A stretch of DNA of 64,000 nt from Octopus sinensis (lineage: Eukaryota). The stretch is taken from NCBI RefSeq assembly GCF_006345805.1, contig NC_043004.1:100192001-100256000 (forward strand), given 5' to 3'. Shown here piece by piece: positions 14,055 through 27,336 of this stretch (positions are counted from its first letter, which is position 1; every line of letters starts with the position of its first letter). The notes under the pieces were generated by a model. That model was given only the letters and a program-made list of their open reading frames with translations. It did not search any database and was not told where the DNA came from. A program made the position numbers and the translations under genes.

Positions 14055-14245
14055 GGTAAGTTCGCCGCTTTCAATGCACTGCAGGTTAAGTTCCCCGTCA
14101 TCAGTTCACTGTGAAGTATGTTCATCGTGTAGAAAGTTCACCGCGAGGCAAGTTTACCGCGAAAAAATATTTATTGTATCTCACTATTAATAGTTAAAAC
14201 TATTTTATTTCAAAATAAGGCAAATTGATGACGGTGAACTTACCG
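14055..14245. mobile_element. Small TIR element with AAGTTCACCGCG-type subterminal repeats
   Basis: GGTTAAGTTCCCCGTCATCAGTT pairs with AATTGATGACGGTGAACTTACC. Five or six internal AAGTTC.CCG repeats. Confidence 0.5.
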
Positions 14246-15609
14246 GACATGATACTGTATATCAGAATGAATATTTTCCCATCTTTCTTCTGAATTAATC
14301 AGTAGTTTTTACCGATCTAGTCCCAAACTGTGGAACTGTGTGTATAAACAATGAAGCCCTCACTGCTTGAGTCAGATTCTTCATAGTTATTAAACGAAAT
14401 CTTTAAGCCACAACTTTCTCACATATGTCCACTATGGATTTATTATTTCATTTATGGCAGATGGAATTTCGTTTTTACGAAATGAGCTCATATAACCAAG
14501 AGAAAAATTATTCAATGCAAGAAGTCATGTTTATATATTCATTGATTCGAAGCTTAAAAATTTCTTGTTAACCTAAATTTCGCATATCATATTCCTTAAG
14601 TAATTGAAATTTTAGTAGTTATAGCTTTAGGATTTTCTATTTTAATATCTTCCAAACATGTGTGTCTGGATATAATGTTATATTTGTCGGTCCAGTAATT
14701 TTTATGGCAGGGATATGACTCAAATTGTATTGCAGAAACTACCACGGAGGAAAAGAGATTTTGTTAATTTACAGCTGTAATAATATTTGATGAAAAAAAG
14801 GAAAATTTATTCTCAGGTCTACATTTCGATTTATTTCATTCGATTGAATGCCTGAATAAGAATGTTACATTTTCTGTAGATACCAGAGAAAACATCTTAT
14901 TGTTAAACTGGAATAGTGAGAAGAAGCTACATTTATTGACTAACGCATTGACATTTTATCATTGTGGTTCTACTTTAGGAATAAGATGTAGAGGAATAGC
15001 AAAGTTGCATCATTCACACCTTAGATGCGAAAAAATATATATATATATAAAAAAACGGTATATTGTGTGTATCGGCTTTTTGTTAACAAGCTTTCAGCGT
15101 AAATTCGATATAGTTTATTCAATTATTTTTCCCTTTGTCAATAATGTCTTTCGTTAAAAATGACATTCAGTTCCCTAGCGTCATTGTGAAAGAACCCTAA
15201 TGCCATCGTGCAGGATGATTTGTTCTTGCAATTATATCCGGGTGATGTGATAATATCCCTAAACAGAAATAGAGCTAACCTGGATTAGAAATGAATAGAC
15301 GCCATTCAGTCGAGTGAAGGATTCAATGGATTATGAATAAGAAAGCATGCGTCAGGCTTTACTATATATTTCATGCACTCATTAGAATACTAAACTATAT
15401 TCACACCAGCAGTCCTTACTTGATAGATACACTTACACACAAATGTGTGTGCATATATGTGTATGTTTTTGTGCATTTGTGTGAGTGTGTGTGTGTGTAT
15501 GTGTGCGTGCGCATGTTTGTGTGTGAGAGAGAGAGAGAGCATGTGTTTGTTCTAAGTGACAAAGGTTTGATTCCTGGCATCGCCAGGAACAAGATGCTCT
15601 TTTTTTTCC

Positions 15610-15832
15610 CGTGTGCTCCAGTCCACTCAGGTGGCAAAACTGAGTTGCACTAGTGATTCAAAGGGCCAGCCTTGTTACGTTCTGCGTCACGCCGAATCTC
15701 CCTGAGAGCTATGATAATGGTATGCGTGTCTGTGGAGTACTCAGCCTCTTACACGTCAGTTTCACGTGAAGAATGTTCCGTTGGTCGAGTCAAATGAAAC
15801 CCCACCCGTCGTCGTAACCGACGGAGTGCCGA
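15610..15832 (+). mobile_element. SINE family C tail (decayed)
   Basis: GTGTCTGTGGAGTACTCAGCC...GTCGTAACCGACGGAGTGC matches the reverse complement of 7758-7920. Confidence 0.7.
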
Positions 15833-15835
15833 CTG

Positions 15836-15878
<43 letters not shown>

Positions 15879-15933
15879 ATATATAATATACATATATATA
15901 TATATATATATAATATATATATATATAATATAT

Positions 15934-15980
<47 letters not shown>

Positions 15981-15983
<3 letters not shown>

Positions 15984-16452
15984 AATAATAAGGGTAAAAT
16001 TAATTAATTAGTAATTAATAATTTTACCAAGCAGTGTCCAGTATGTAAAAGGACCATTTACGGTAAATTTAAACATTACTTTATATAATAAGGATTCAGC
16101 GAAAAAATTTACTTTACCACACACCGAACTTTTAGAAATAGCAGCCAAAGAATTTAGCTATTTCCCCTACTGTAAGAAGAGTCTCCCAGACAATGTATAC
16201 TCAAAAACAATTCACGTAGGCATAGAGGGAAAAATAACGAAAGATCACTCGAAAATCGATTACTTGAGAACGCGTTTCTGGGTTAGTTTTCGTTATTTTT
16301 CCCTCTATGCCTACGTGAATTGTTTTTCAGTATACTTTGTCTGGGAGACTCTTCTTATAGTAGGGGAAATAGCTAAATTCTTTGGCTGCTATTTCTAAAA
16401 GATCGGTGTGTGGTAAAGTAAATTATTTTGCTGAACCCTTATTATATAAAGT
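15981..16452. mobile_element. Asymmetric fold-back PLE-type cassette in (TA)n, relative of the 1595-3080 family
   Basis: Arms about 16078-16242 and 16288-16452. Shares AGGGT.AAATTAATTAATT and CCACACACCGAA..TTTAGAAATAGCAG.CAAAGA with 2090-2250. The loop retains an HHR 3' half on the minus strand (GAAACGCGTTC, about 16268-16278). Confidence 0.8.
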
Positions 16453-16674
16453 ATATATATATATATCATTCATTCAGTGTTCTGCTTTGTTACAACCAGA
16501 AATGGCACTGATGAAAGTAGCATTAAGTTATTTAGGTCGTTCAATTTTCCTCAAATGAGCAATAGATAAGTTGAGTAAACCTGTCAGTAACGTCCCTATA
16601 ATAACTACTGTGAACAACTGTAAGCCAAATTTCACTCTAATAAACGAAAATATGTAATGACCATTATTTGCACC

Positions 16675-16749
<75 letters not shown>

Positions 16750-17666
16750 CATACATGTACATCGTGGTCGGATGTCGGACTCGTGATCATGATTCTTGCA
16801 TCGGGTGCCACGATATGTCCACGAGCAAGGTGTTCGTTTATAAGTTGCTGCATTCAACTCAGTTGTAATGCGTATCAATCAGGTCTTAGAACAATAATCT
16901 TCCCATCCAACTGGCACATGTTGCAAATAGTGCCCAGTCGAGGAAGTGAAGACCGGAATGCAGCCTATAGCTGTGCATCACTACGTAGACATCTGATATA
17001 CTAAGGGAAATCATTTTACAGTTTACCAGCACATACCCGCTTGCAATTCAATGCTACCTGTATTGAATTTGTGTTTACGCACGATGATTGGCGAGTACTG
17101 GAGCATACAATTTTGACTAACTGGAAGCATACAATTGCTGATCCGCACAGAGGTTGTTTGGGATCTTGGTCATTTCTTGTGCAACTATGATGATGGGAAG
17201 ATTCAGTTGCACCTAGAGTAAATGACCAACTCTTCCCTGAATCGCTGGTTTAGTTGTTAATCAGAAAAGACGACATAAGCAACGCTTGCCTATTTCTAGA
17301 AGTGGCCAGCAATACAACTGGTGGCAGCTCTCATTCAAGAAATTTACAGATTTCGAAGAAGCAGTGGATGTCGTGAGTTGGTATGAACCTTATATGAAGT
17401 TTACACATTAGATGTAGTAATGTGTAAACATAACCACCAGCTCGGTGTTTGCATCATTGACTCACCGGGACATTAAGGACGTGACAATGGAAGACAGATA
17501 AGGAGCTATAGAAGGTCTCAGCAGGTACGCAATTTCGGTAGATCGGATCCACGTAAACTGAAGTGATTTGTTCAGGGATACAATGCATCACACGACACAG
17601 AAACCAAGCCTACAACCTTACGTCTTGGAGACCAGTACTCGAACGGCTTGGCCACGCCCACTTATG

Positions 17667-17748
<82 letters not shown>

Positions 17749-17769
17749 ATATATATTATATATATATAT

Positions 17770-18190
17770 ATACAAATAAGAAAATGGAGGAACAAATTCA
17801 TTTCAATCATCAACTTACAGCTATTACCATATCATATTATTTATTAACTATATAAATAGGAACATCCAAATCGAACAAAACAATATACATCAATATGCAA
17901 TGATGTATATTGTTTTGTTGGATTAGGATGTTCCTAGTTAATAAATAATATGAAGTGGTAATATCTGTAAGTTGATGATTGAAATGAATTTGTTCCTCCA
18001 TTTTCTTATTTGTATTATGAATTTACGGTCAAATATTTTACCTTCGCCCATCCGATACAATAAATGAATTAATTGCATTGCAATTATAAGCATTTATCTA
18101 TTTGGCATTTGGGTGCTTCACCAGCAGTATATTGGATAACTGATTTCCCATAGTGGGTTACCCTCATAACCCCTATCTTACTTTGTACTA
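17770..18190. mobile_element. Asymmetric fold-back cassette in (TA)n
   Basis: ATACAAATAAGAAAATGGAGGAACAAATTCATTTCAATCATCAACTTACAG at 17770 is inverted at about 17965-18015; the right arm extends to 18190. A related fragment lies at about 38040-38120. Confidence 0.75.
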
Positions 18191-18269
18191 TATATATATA
18201 TATATATATATGTTGTGTGTGCTTGCGCGCGTGTGTGTGTGTGTTTGTGTGCGCGCGTGTGTGTGTGTG

Positions 18270-18634
18270 TGTGTGTACATGTATGTATTTGTATGTATAT
18301 GTAAGCATGTGAGCCAGGGTATGTACGTGTGATAAACTATTATAATTTATAGACAATTGGACATCGGCCATTTCTTTTGTTATCTAAAGAAGGAATCGAA
18401 ACCGACATTACAAGTCGACACAATTGCTTTGTTTTACAGAGATATCGCTACTTATATGGACAGTACCCTTTCTTCTCCGTATTTTTTTCGCCTTCATATT
18501 GATTCTGTCAAACCGCTACTCGGGAGAAATTACTGGTTTGTGACTTAGTTGAAATGCTACAAATTTTGGCGGGAAATTATAGCTAGTTACTGCAATATTA
18601 GATTAGCATTAAGATGATTGCTTTTGGAAGGGTG
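18270..18634 (+). repeat. ~360-bp dispersed duplication, second copy at about 58020-58367
   Basis: Near-identical sequence, seen as the paired ORFs MDIGHFFCYLKKESKPTLQVD at 18357 and 58101. Confidence 0.9.
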
Positions 18635-18804
18635 ATAACCACAGTCGAACTCAGTAGAATTTGGAGCGAGATAGCTAAGAGATGCAACAAAATATCGTGG
18701 CACCCGATGCAACAAAATTCTGAAGTAATTATTAATACAACCTGGTTGTATTTATGTTTACTTCTAGCATCTATACAAGGCCTTGATACTTCACTAGTAC
18801 TGTA

Positions 18805-19599
18805 CGTTGAGATGGCAGTGGACTTCCACACCAGCTGAAGAATAGCGAAGGCATGCCAAGCCTTCTTGCTTCTTGCCGTGATGTCCTTATCTGATCCACC
18901 TGATTTACTGACCTGGCTGCCAAGATAGACAAACTCACTAACGTCCTCCACAGGTGCCCCCTAGATTGTGACTGGCTCTTCCTGCTTGTTGTTGATACGC
19001 AGCACTTTTGTCTTTTCCCAGCTGTGAAGTTTCTGTCAGGTGGTCTACCTTATCTTGCATGTCTTGCAGGCGATGTGACAGTAGCGCGAGATCATCTACG
19101 TAGTCCAAGTCCTCCAGCTTGTTCATCAATGTCCACTGAATACCTTGTCCGCTTATTTACTTAAAACGTAAAATCTGTGCTTTTGTATGGCTCTGAAACA
19201 TGGAGATCCACCTGCAGCAACTACAAGAAGATCCAGACCTTCATCAACAAATGTCTCCGGCAGATCCTCCATCTGAAGTATTTCGACAGAGTGCCAAACA
19301 CCGACCTGTGGGAAAGGGCCGACCAGGAGCCCATACATGTTCAGATTAGACGAAGGAAATGGAGATGGATCGGACACACACTGCGGAAAGAACCCTCAAA
19401 TGTGACACGACAAACACTTGACTGGAACCCGCAGGGGAAAAGGAAACGAGGACGCCCGCAGCAGACATGGAAGCGGAGCATTTTGGACGAGCCCAGGACC
19501 ACCGGCCTGACATGGGAAGCAGCCAAGAAACACGCCAATGACTGCGGAAAATAACTGCTGAGGCCCTATGCTCCACAAGGGGAAAAAGGATTAAGAAGA
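18805..19599. pseudogene. 5'-truncated, 5'-inverted RTE-clade LINE (RT C-terminal region and 3' end)
   Basis: Minus strand 19152-18805 encodes GIQWTLMNKLEDLDYVDDLALLSH...EFVYLGS...KSTAIST. Plus strand 19153-19554 encodes NVKSVLLYGSETW...WRWIGHTLRK...DWNPQGKRKRGRP. Short AAG tail. TSD AGTACTGTA at 18796-18804 and 19600-19608. Confidence 0.9.
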
Positions 19600-21790
19600 A
19601 GTACTGTAGGTATTTTATCGAGATGGGAACTATAAAGGGCAAATTGGACATCAACGAAATTTTAATTCAGATCATAAAATCTGAAAGAAATAGCCCAAGA
19701 TGCTTTTCGGTACTTTTGTGGCTCTGTCAATCAACAAATTTCTATGGTAATTTCTAAGTTAGGTACAAGGCTTCACATTTAGTGAAAAGAACAGTTGATT
19801 ATATCGAGAAAAGTAATTGAAAAGTACTTATTTATTGAACCCCCAAAATTAGGAGGCAAAGGCGATCTTGGTGGTATTTGAACTCAGAAATTAAACTGCC
19901 AAAACTACTTACGACGTGGTATTTTGTCTGCATTTCTAACGTTGCTGCCAATCTACCCAGTCTCACGTCGAACAAATATTGATATCAAAGTGTAAAGGCA
20001 GTGATGATGGCGAAATATTAGCTTACCGGACAAAATGCATATCGGTATTCAGTTCTGTCCATGTGCAGGCTGAATTCAAAACCAACTGGTGTCCACTTGA
20101 TCTTTCATTCGTCCCAGATCGATAAAATCATTCCAAGCATGTCCCGAGATGAATTAAATCGACCATATTCTTCCCTTACAAATGCATGGCCATATGCCAA
20201 TGTAGGAGATCAATAGTTGTATAAGAAATCAATATGCTACATATATATATATATATGTATGTGTGTGTATGTTTATATACATATATATATATATACATAT
20301 AAATGTATATGTCTGTATGTGTATGTATGTATGTATACATGCATATTTATATATATATATATATATATAATATATATATATATATATACACAAACATGCA
20401 CACACATACATGTGCTTACATACAGATATAGCAGGATAATACAGATATATACATACAAGCACACACACACATATAGACACGGTGAAAGCAACAAAGAAAG
20501 AAACCAAATGAATAGAGAGAGAGAGAGAGAATGAGTAAGAGAAAGATGAGAGTATATGACCGAGAAGAGAGAAAAAGGGAGAGAGTTGTATGGATAGAGA
20601 TGCGAGCGGTAAGGAGAGGGAGAGGCACATAGTAAGTGACCAGACAGCTTGAGGGTTAAACAAATAGACACGTGAAGTGATACTACAACAATTGCTATTT
20701 GAGGTTACAGTATGTTAGTCAAAACAAGTAATTAACAGCACAAAATACTAAAATAATGAAAAAAAAATCAAAGAAACAAGATTTGTGTTAACAAAAATGT
20801 TGTAGGATAGCATAGGAAAAACGAAAATAATAAATAAATTTAAAAGCAGAGGCTATTTATTGACTGTTCTAAATTCCTCGTAGCTCATTAAAATTTCCAA
20901 ACTAGCAAACCATTTTCTGCATGATTATTCTCAATAAACTGCATATGGGTTCATTTTTAGCTATTTGTTCATATTATCTATTCTTCATTATGTTTGTTAT
21001 AAGAAAGTTAGTATATATGGCCAAGGGGGTTGAAAAACAGGCTATAATTATTATCATAATATATTTTTGTTCGTATCTACATGATGGAGACTCTTACTAT
21101 AGACTTCAATTCTTGTGAAAATTGATTTACTTTTCATCAGAAATATATAAATATATATATATAAAATAAGTATGCAATTTAACTTTGCACTTGATTATTT
21201 TATTTCTTCTATAGATAAACGAAAACAGTAACTAGAAAAATTGGATTGCTAACTTATAAGTAAGTACTTCGCATCCAACTAAAGTTATCTTGTCGTTTTG
21301 TTAGCAACATAGGCAGTTTCATACTAGACTTTTATCATACTTAACGTCAACTTCAATCAGTTATAGAATTTATATTTAATAACAAAGGTTGAAGTAAACT
21401 GAAGTCGTTTAACGACTTCTTCTCATTAGTATAAATAAAAGTGTAAGAGACATATCTTAATTCGTACAATAACGCATTGTGTCCATATGCGAAATAATAC
21501 ATATATACGCGTGATACATATAAAATAGTGACATTATAACTATATTATAACTATATTATAACTATATTATAACTATATTATAACTATCCTAGATAGGTAG
21601 TAAAACTATAGAGTGCTCTAGTCGATGGAATATTAGTTGAGATGTTCAAGTATGGATCATGCACCATAGGCTTGATGATGCAAGCAGGAAAAATAAAACT
21701 CAAAATATGAGAATATGAATAATGTTTTATTAAGTTGGTGTCAGTACACGAAACACTCGATCCTTGAGTCACTCTATTGCTTCGGCTGCA

Positions 21791-21982
21791 GGCACAGACG
21801 CGGCTCTGTGGTAAGAATCTTGCTGCTCAGCCACGCGGTTCTGGGTTCAGTCGCACTGCGTGGCACTTTGGGCAAATGTCTTCGATTATAGCCTCGGACC
21901 TACCAAAGCCTTGTGAGTGGATTTGGTAGACGGAAACTGAAAATGGCCCGTCGTACATATACATACATACATACATACAACA

Positions 21983-22080
<98 letters not shown>

Positions 22081-22325
22081 GTATATATATGTATATATTT
22101 ATGTGTATGTGTAGGTGTGTTTGTGTCTGTATTTGCCCCCACCACCATCGCTTGACAACCAATGTTGGTGAGTTTACGTCCCCGTAACTTAGCGGTTCCG
22201 CAAAACAGCGATAGAGTAAGTACTAGGCTTACAAAGAATAAGTCCTGAGGTCAACTTGTTCTACTAAAACCATTTGGGGCGGTGCTTCAGCATGGCTCAA
22301 ATTAGATGACTGAAACAAGTAAAAG
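21791..22325 (+). mobile_element. SINE family B (tRNA head, CORE-like GCACCTTGGGCAAGTG, internal microsatellite, AAAAGAGT tail)
   Basis: GGGTTCAGTC.CACTGCGTGGCAC..TGGGCAA...GGAAACTGAAA...CGCTTGACAACC...CTTAGCGGTTC...GACTGAAACAAGTAAAAG. Confidence 0.85.
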
Positions 22326-22380
22326 GAATATATGTATATTTACAAATACACACATCACACACACAGATTTATATATATAT

Positions 22381-22714
22381 AAATTCAATTCAAGATCACA
22401 GCATACATGTACACTGCAACATGATTTCTTTTCCTCAACAGGCCCTGCCCTATTTAACATTGTCCTGAAAGAGATCAAAGAGGAAAAGGATCCCTTCAAC
22501 TTTAAACGGAGTCTGGATAGATTCCTTCAAAGAATACCAGATAAGCCACCCATAATTGGATACAACTCACCCAACAAGAACTCACTACTTGAATGGACCA
22601 TAAACAAAACTTGACTTAAACAGGATTCGAATAATCCTATCAGGTGGTGCTATTAAGTTAGACATGGCCTGGACCAATCTTTGGTCGAAACATATCTAAG
22701 TTTATCTAAGTCTA

Positions 22715-22720
<6 letters not shown>
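22381..22720 (+). pseudogene. 3' end of a CR1-group LINE
   Basis: Encodes FFSSTGPALFNIV..EIK...FKRSLDRFLQRIPDKP...GY...NSLLEW*, then a short UTR and an (ATCTAAGT)-type tail into (TA)n. Confidence 0.65.
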
Positions 22721-22784
<64 letters not shown>

Positions 22785-23581
22785 AGCACAATTATTAAAG
22801 TACAGTTACACGGTAGAGTCTAGCTCAAGTACATAACTGTAAGAGCACACAAGAACTGAACACAGAGCAGTAAATGAAATCTTATAACTGTGAATTACGC
22901 AAGCAGCAAAATATTAGTCGCAACTGTAAAAACATATGGAGTACGTGCCACAATTTAACTCATAGTCACTCTACATCTTTCAGTGACTGTTCACCTTGCC
23001 TTTACATGTTGAACTAGAAACAATTACTCGTTTCATTTTATGTTATATATCAGTTATGGAAGGTATCTAAATTGAGCAGGAACGGTGACAGAAATGATGC
23101 TGCCAGTCACACCTTTAAACACTATTTTAGAAAAGTAATAAATATTCCTTCAGAGTTCTCTGTTAGAGAAATGGTTGTTTTGTGATAATCAAAAATGTAC
23201 CGGGTACTTTAGAGAAAATGGTCGCACGGTTAACTGAAGTTGTACAATTTTAGACTCTTAAAAGAAGATTCCGACTCAAGAAATATATTCAACATCCCAG
23301 GTCCCGTGCTTCAGAAGCTTTCCTCCTTAGAACTTTGATTGTCTGGGATTTCCTCCATTTAATGCCACTTCTGCTGATGTCGAATTGCAATAGTTTAAGT
23401 GAAACATTAACCGCTTCATTTTCTTCAATCTCGAAGGGACTGAAACGCCCTTTCTTCCACATTCAACAAATTTAAAAAATGGGTTTCATGATGACGGCTG
23501 GAACGCTCTTGATTATTGGAATCTCCATTCAATCAAGACTGACATGAAAATAACAAATAACAATAGAACCAACAAGAGTAA

Positions 23582-23612
<31 letters not shown>

Positions 23613-23617
23613 ATATA

Positions 23618-23992
23618 GACGTAGAGTGGCTATGTGGTAAGTAGCTTGCTTACCAACCACATGGCTCCGGGTACAGTCCCACTGCGTGGTACCTTGGGCA
23701 AGTGTCTTCTACTATAGCCCTCGGGCCGACCAAAACCTTGTGAGTGGACTTCGTAGACGGAAACTGAAAGAAGCCCGTCGTATATATGTCCTCCCAACAT
23801 CGCTTGACAACCGATGCTGGTGTGTTTACGTACTCGTAACTTAGCGGTTCGGCAAAAGAGCTAGTTAGAATAAGTACTAGGCTTACAAAGAATAAGTCCT
23901 GGGGTCGATTTGCTCGACTAAAAGCGGTGCTCCAGCATGGCCACAGTCAAATGACTGAAACAAGTAATAGAGTAAAGAGAGTAAAAAGAGTA
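23618..23992 (+). mobile_element. SINE family B
   Basis: Full head-to-tail match to the other family B copies. Confidence 0.9.
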
Positions 23993-24034
23993 AACAAATA
24001 AATAAATAAACGGGTACGCATTCAGGTTTGTATC

Positions 24035-24238
24035 TTTTCTGTTACTTGCTTCAGTCATTTGACTGCGGCCATGCTGGAGCACCGCCTTTAGTCGAGCAAA
24101 TGGACCCCGGGACTTATTCTTTGTAAGCCCAGTACTTATTCTATCGGTCTCTTTTTGCCGAACCGCTAAGTGACGGGGACGTAAACACACCAACACCGGT
24201 TGTCAAGCAATACAAGGGGGACAAACGCAGACACACAA

Positions 24239-24292
<54 letters not shown>

Positions 24293-24417
24293 GAAAGGCT
24301 TCTTTCAGTTTCCGTCTACCAAATCCACTCACAAGGCATTGGTCGGCTGGCATTCAGTGGGACTGAATCCGGAATCATGTAGTTGGTTAGCAAGCTACTT
24401 ACCACACAGCCACTCCT
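24035..24417 (-). mobile_element. SINE family B (inverted partner of 23618-23992)
   Basis: TTACTTGCTTCAGTCATTTGACTGCGGCCATGCTGGAGCACCGCC...ACCACACAGCCACTCCT. Confidence 0.9.
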
Positions 24418-26199
24418 AGAAATAACCACATACTCTTTCCTATGGTTTCTTTCTCCGTTATTGAAAAGTGAGCAAGTTTTATTCGTTGTCTGTTCACTGC
24501 CAATCACGACTTAAATACAGTCACTCACAGTATCTGACTAATTAACTTCAGTCCTCTAACGTAAGTGGCACACGGCCAAAGATTATTTTCAAAACCTTCG
24601 TATGTGTGTCTGCGTGTGTATTTGTGTCTGTCTGTCTTTATGTCTGTATATGTATGCACGTGTCTGTGTATACACCTCTGTATACATGCGTGCATATTAC
24701 TTATGCGTATGTAGATGTGTGTATGTGTAGTCAGATATTTCAAATACTTCTAATCTCTTAACAAAAACTCTGTTTACATGCTATTCTTGAGAACTTTTTT
24801 TTTCAGTGGCCGGAGGAACTGAATAGTTTTTTTGTTTAGTGGTTGATGATATATCACAGCTTTCATTACCTTCCTTTTATTCCTAATTATTTTTACTTTT
24901 TCTTCTATTTCAAAGATCATGTAATGATTTATATGCACTCCGGTGTCACTATTATTCTTGTCCATCGCCTGACACATGGTTTATGATTGCAAAGGATTGT
25001 GCTAGCATTCTTTTGGCTTCTTTTGATTTATATGCTTTTATCTGTATAACACCATTTTAAATTCTATCCTATTAGTTTTAAATGTTGCCTCTTCGGAGAA
25101 AAGAGGATTATAAAATACATATCCATTTTTTCGCTAGATTTACACGAATTCTTCCATTTAATCAGCATCTTTAGTTTTCATTTTCCCCGTGGTTTCTATA
25201 GTTTTTACATCCATAAATATAATAAAATTTGTACTAGAAACAAATAGAAATGCATTATAGCAACTCTAATTCCAGTCTTCAGTAAAAGATAGTTGAGATA
25301 ATAGAATAGCAGAATGATTTTACGATATGTGTATTAATACCTCATGCTTTAAATTTTAATTTGTAGTCATCGGAGTGTTGGACAAAATTTGTAGATTATT
25401 TAGTCTTATCCGTTTGTGTGTTGAGCTTAAGTCTTGCCAAGATCAGCTTTGCTTCTAATCAGTTTGGGGTCGGTAAAATAATGTTGAGGCTTATCTAATG
25501 TTGCTATAGACTAGTATAGAAGTTACTTGAGTTGTGATTTTTTATCCAATTCAAGTGTAAAGTCCCCAGTTCAAGCGCACAGTCACCACTGATGGAGTTA
25601 GTTCACACCATTGAACGTAGTCTTTACTGCCAGTTCATTTTGGAGGATCCAAAATAATGAATGATAATGTTAATATCTTGATCTTAACTCAAAGTGTGAA
25701 AAGCCTTATTGACTTTGCCAGTTCACCACGTTTGCTGTTGATGAAATTATAATTGAAAACATTAACGTATATAAACGCACTAAGGTCCAACAAGTCCCTT
25801 AGCTGGATCCAAAAGCCTTCTGCGTTAAGGCATTGTCTTTTATATTATAGAGTCTGTTAACTGTATACTAGTAATAAACAAGACTCGATGTAATGTGAAC
25901 GACACTGTCGGATGATTTTCTTTTTTTTTTTAGTAAAAATGTGATGAGCATCATACAGTAAAATACGAGTGCCTATAAAGTTGAGTTGAGTTTCTGAGAG
26001 TTTCTATTCCCTGCTATGGCTTATCATTTCGTTTTCCTTGAAGGAGTCAAACGTATACAAAATTTACATTCAGCAACTATTAATGATGCTATATGCTCTA
26101 TATTTCAATTATTTTCTGGTTGTTTTCTATCCCAAACAAACTGATTTTTCTTCGAAATGTTAACTGTTATCTTTCGCAGCCGCTCTTTATTGTGCAGCA

Positions 26200-26790
26200 T
26201 AATTCATGCACTTCCACCCTCTATAACGTTCATCAAGATTCGTTTACAGCGATAGTATACCATTAAGCAAGTTCTCTTCATAGCTCTCCACCAGTTCTAT
26301 TCACCGCCATTCCTTACGGTTAAGAAAAGCTTCTTTATAACCACCTTCTAATTTCAAATAATCTATGTTCATTGTGATGTTAACGACTCTCTTATTAACA
26401 GTTAACTCCCCGTTCACGGTTATTCTCTATTGGACAGATGCCTTCATAGTTGTCCCTCATTGTTAACCATGTTCCATTTGTGATGACCTCCCGTCCCAAA
26501 CATATTCCGTTATGGTCATTCGCCAGTGTCCTGCATGTTCATTAGAAACATGAACGGTACTTCTAACCCCAGTACCGTTCATATCTGTGTTCCAGTGTTT
26601 ACCAGACTCTGTTCATAGCTGTCAACTAGTATCAACCAGAATCCTCCTATAGCCGTCTTCTACGATGAACCAGACGTTTATAATAGCTGAATACTAGTGT
26701 CAACTACGCTCCATTCATAGTTGTCCCTTAATCTCAGCAGGGCCCTTTATAGCTCTACTCCAATGTTAACCTAACTCTGTCTACCACCAT
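26200..26790. repeat. Degenerate ~34-bp minisatellite
   Basis: ATAG anchors at 26615, 26649, 26683 and 26717; ACCAGA ends at 26606, 26640 and 26674. Confidence 0.6.
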
Positions 26791-27336
26791 TAGCGTTCAC
26801 ATCAAAGGAAAGCTATCATAATATACTATGAAATAAATAAATAAATTACTTGGTGAAACGAAAGGTGCGGGGTTGGGATGGAGAGAGCTGCCATTCAGCT
26901 TCTTTGGTCGTTGATGTTTATTTTTTGGGAGGGAGTGAAATGGTATTGGTGTTGGGAATGATGACTGTGGCGGTGAAGCAATAATGACGAAGGTGTTGTT
27001 AATGTGGATGAGGATGAGGAAGAGGTGGCTGTTAGGTAGAAGTGGTTGTGATGGTGATGGGTGGGGTGTTGGAGATGAAGGTGTTGGCAATGATGGTAAT
27101 GATGTGGATGGGGTGGGAGTGTTTTACAGTAGCTGACTTGATTAGTAATCTGGTAATGCATGACTAATGTAGTTTTTTTTTTCAGTAATTTAGCTTCAAA
27201 GGGGAGTTGTTTGTTGTTGATGTTGTTGTTGCTGTTTCTGTTGTAGTTTTTGACGTTTTTTGTAGTGCTGATGGTGGTGGTGATGGTGGTAGTGGTGGTG
27301 ATGGTGTTTCTAGTGAAGATGGAGTTGGTGGAATTT

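Noticed and set aside
16508-16545. Isolated CTGATGA (also at about 4960, 61450 and 62192) as hammerheads
   Set aside because: No properly placed GAAA, UH and stem I pairing.
16750-17660. Possible decayed transposase or exon (also 23050-23550)
   Set aside because: Complex sequence, but no convincing protein motif in the frames I translated; needs BLASTX.
26200-26790. CRISPR-like array
   Set aside because: Eukaryotic context, no constant repeat with unique spacers, and no cas genes.
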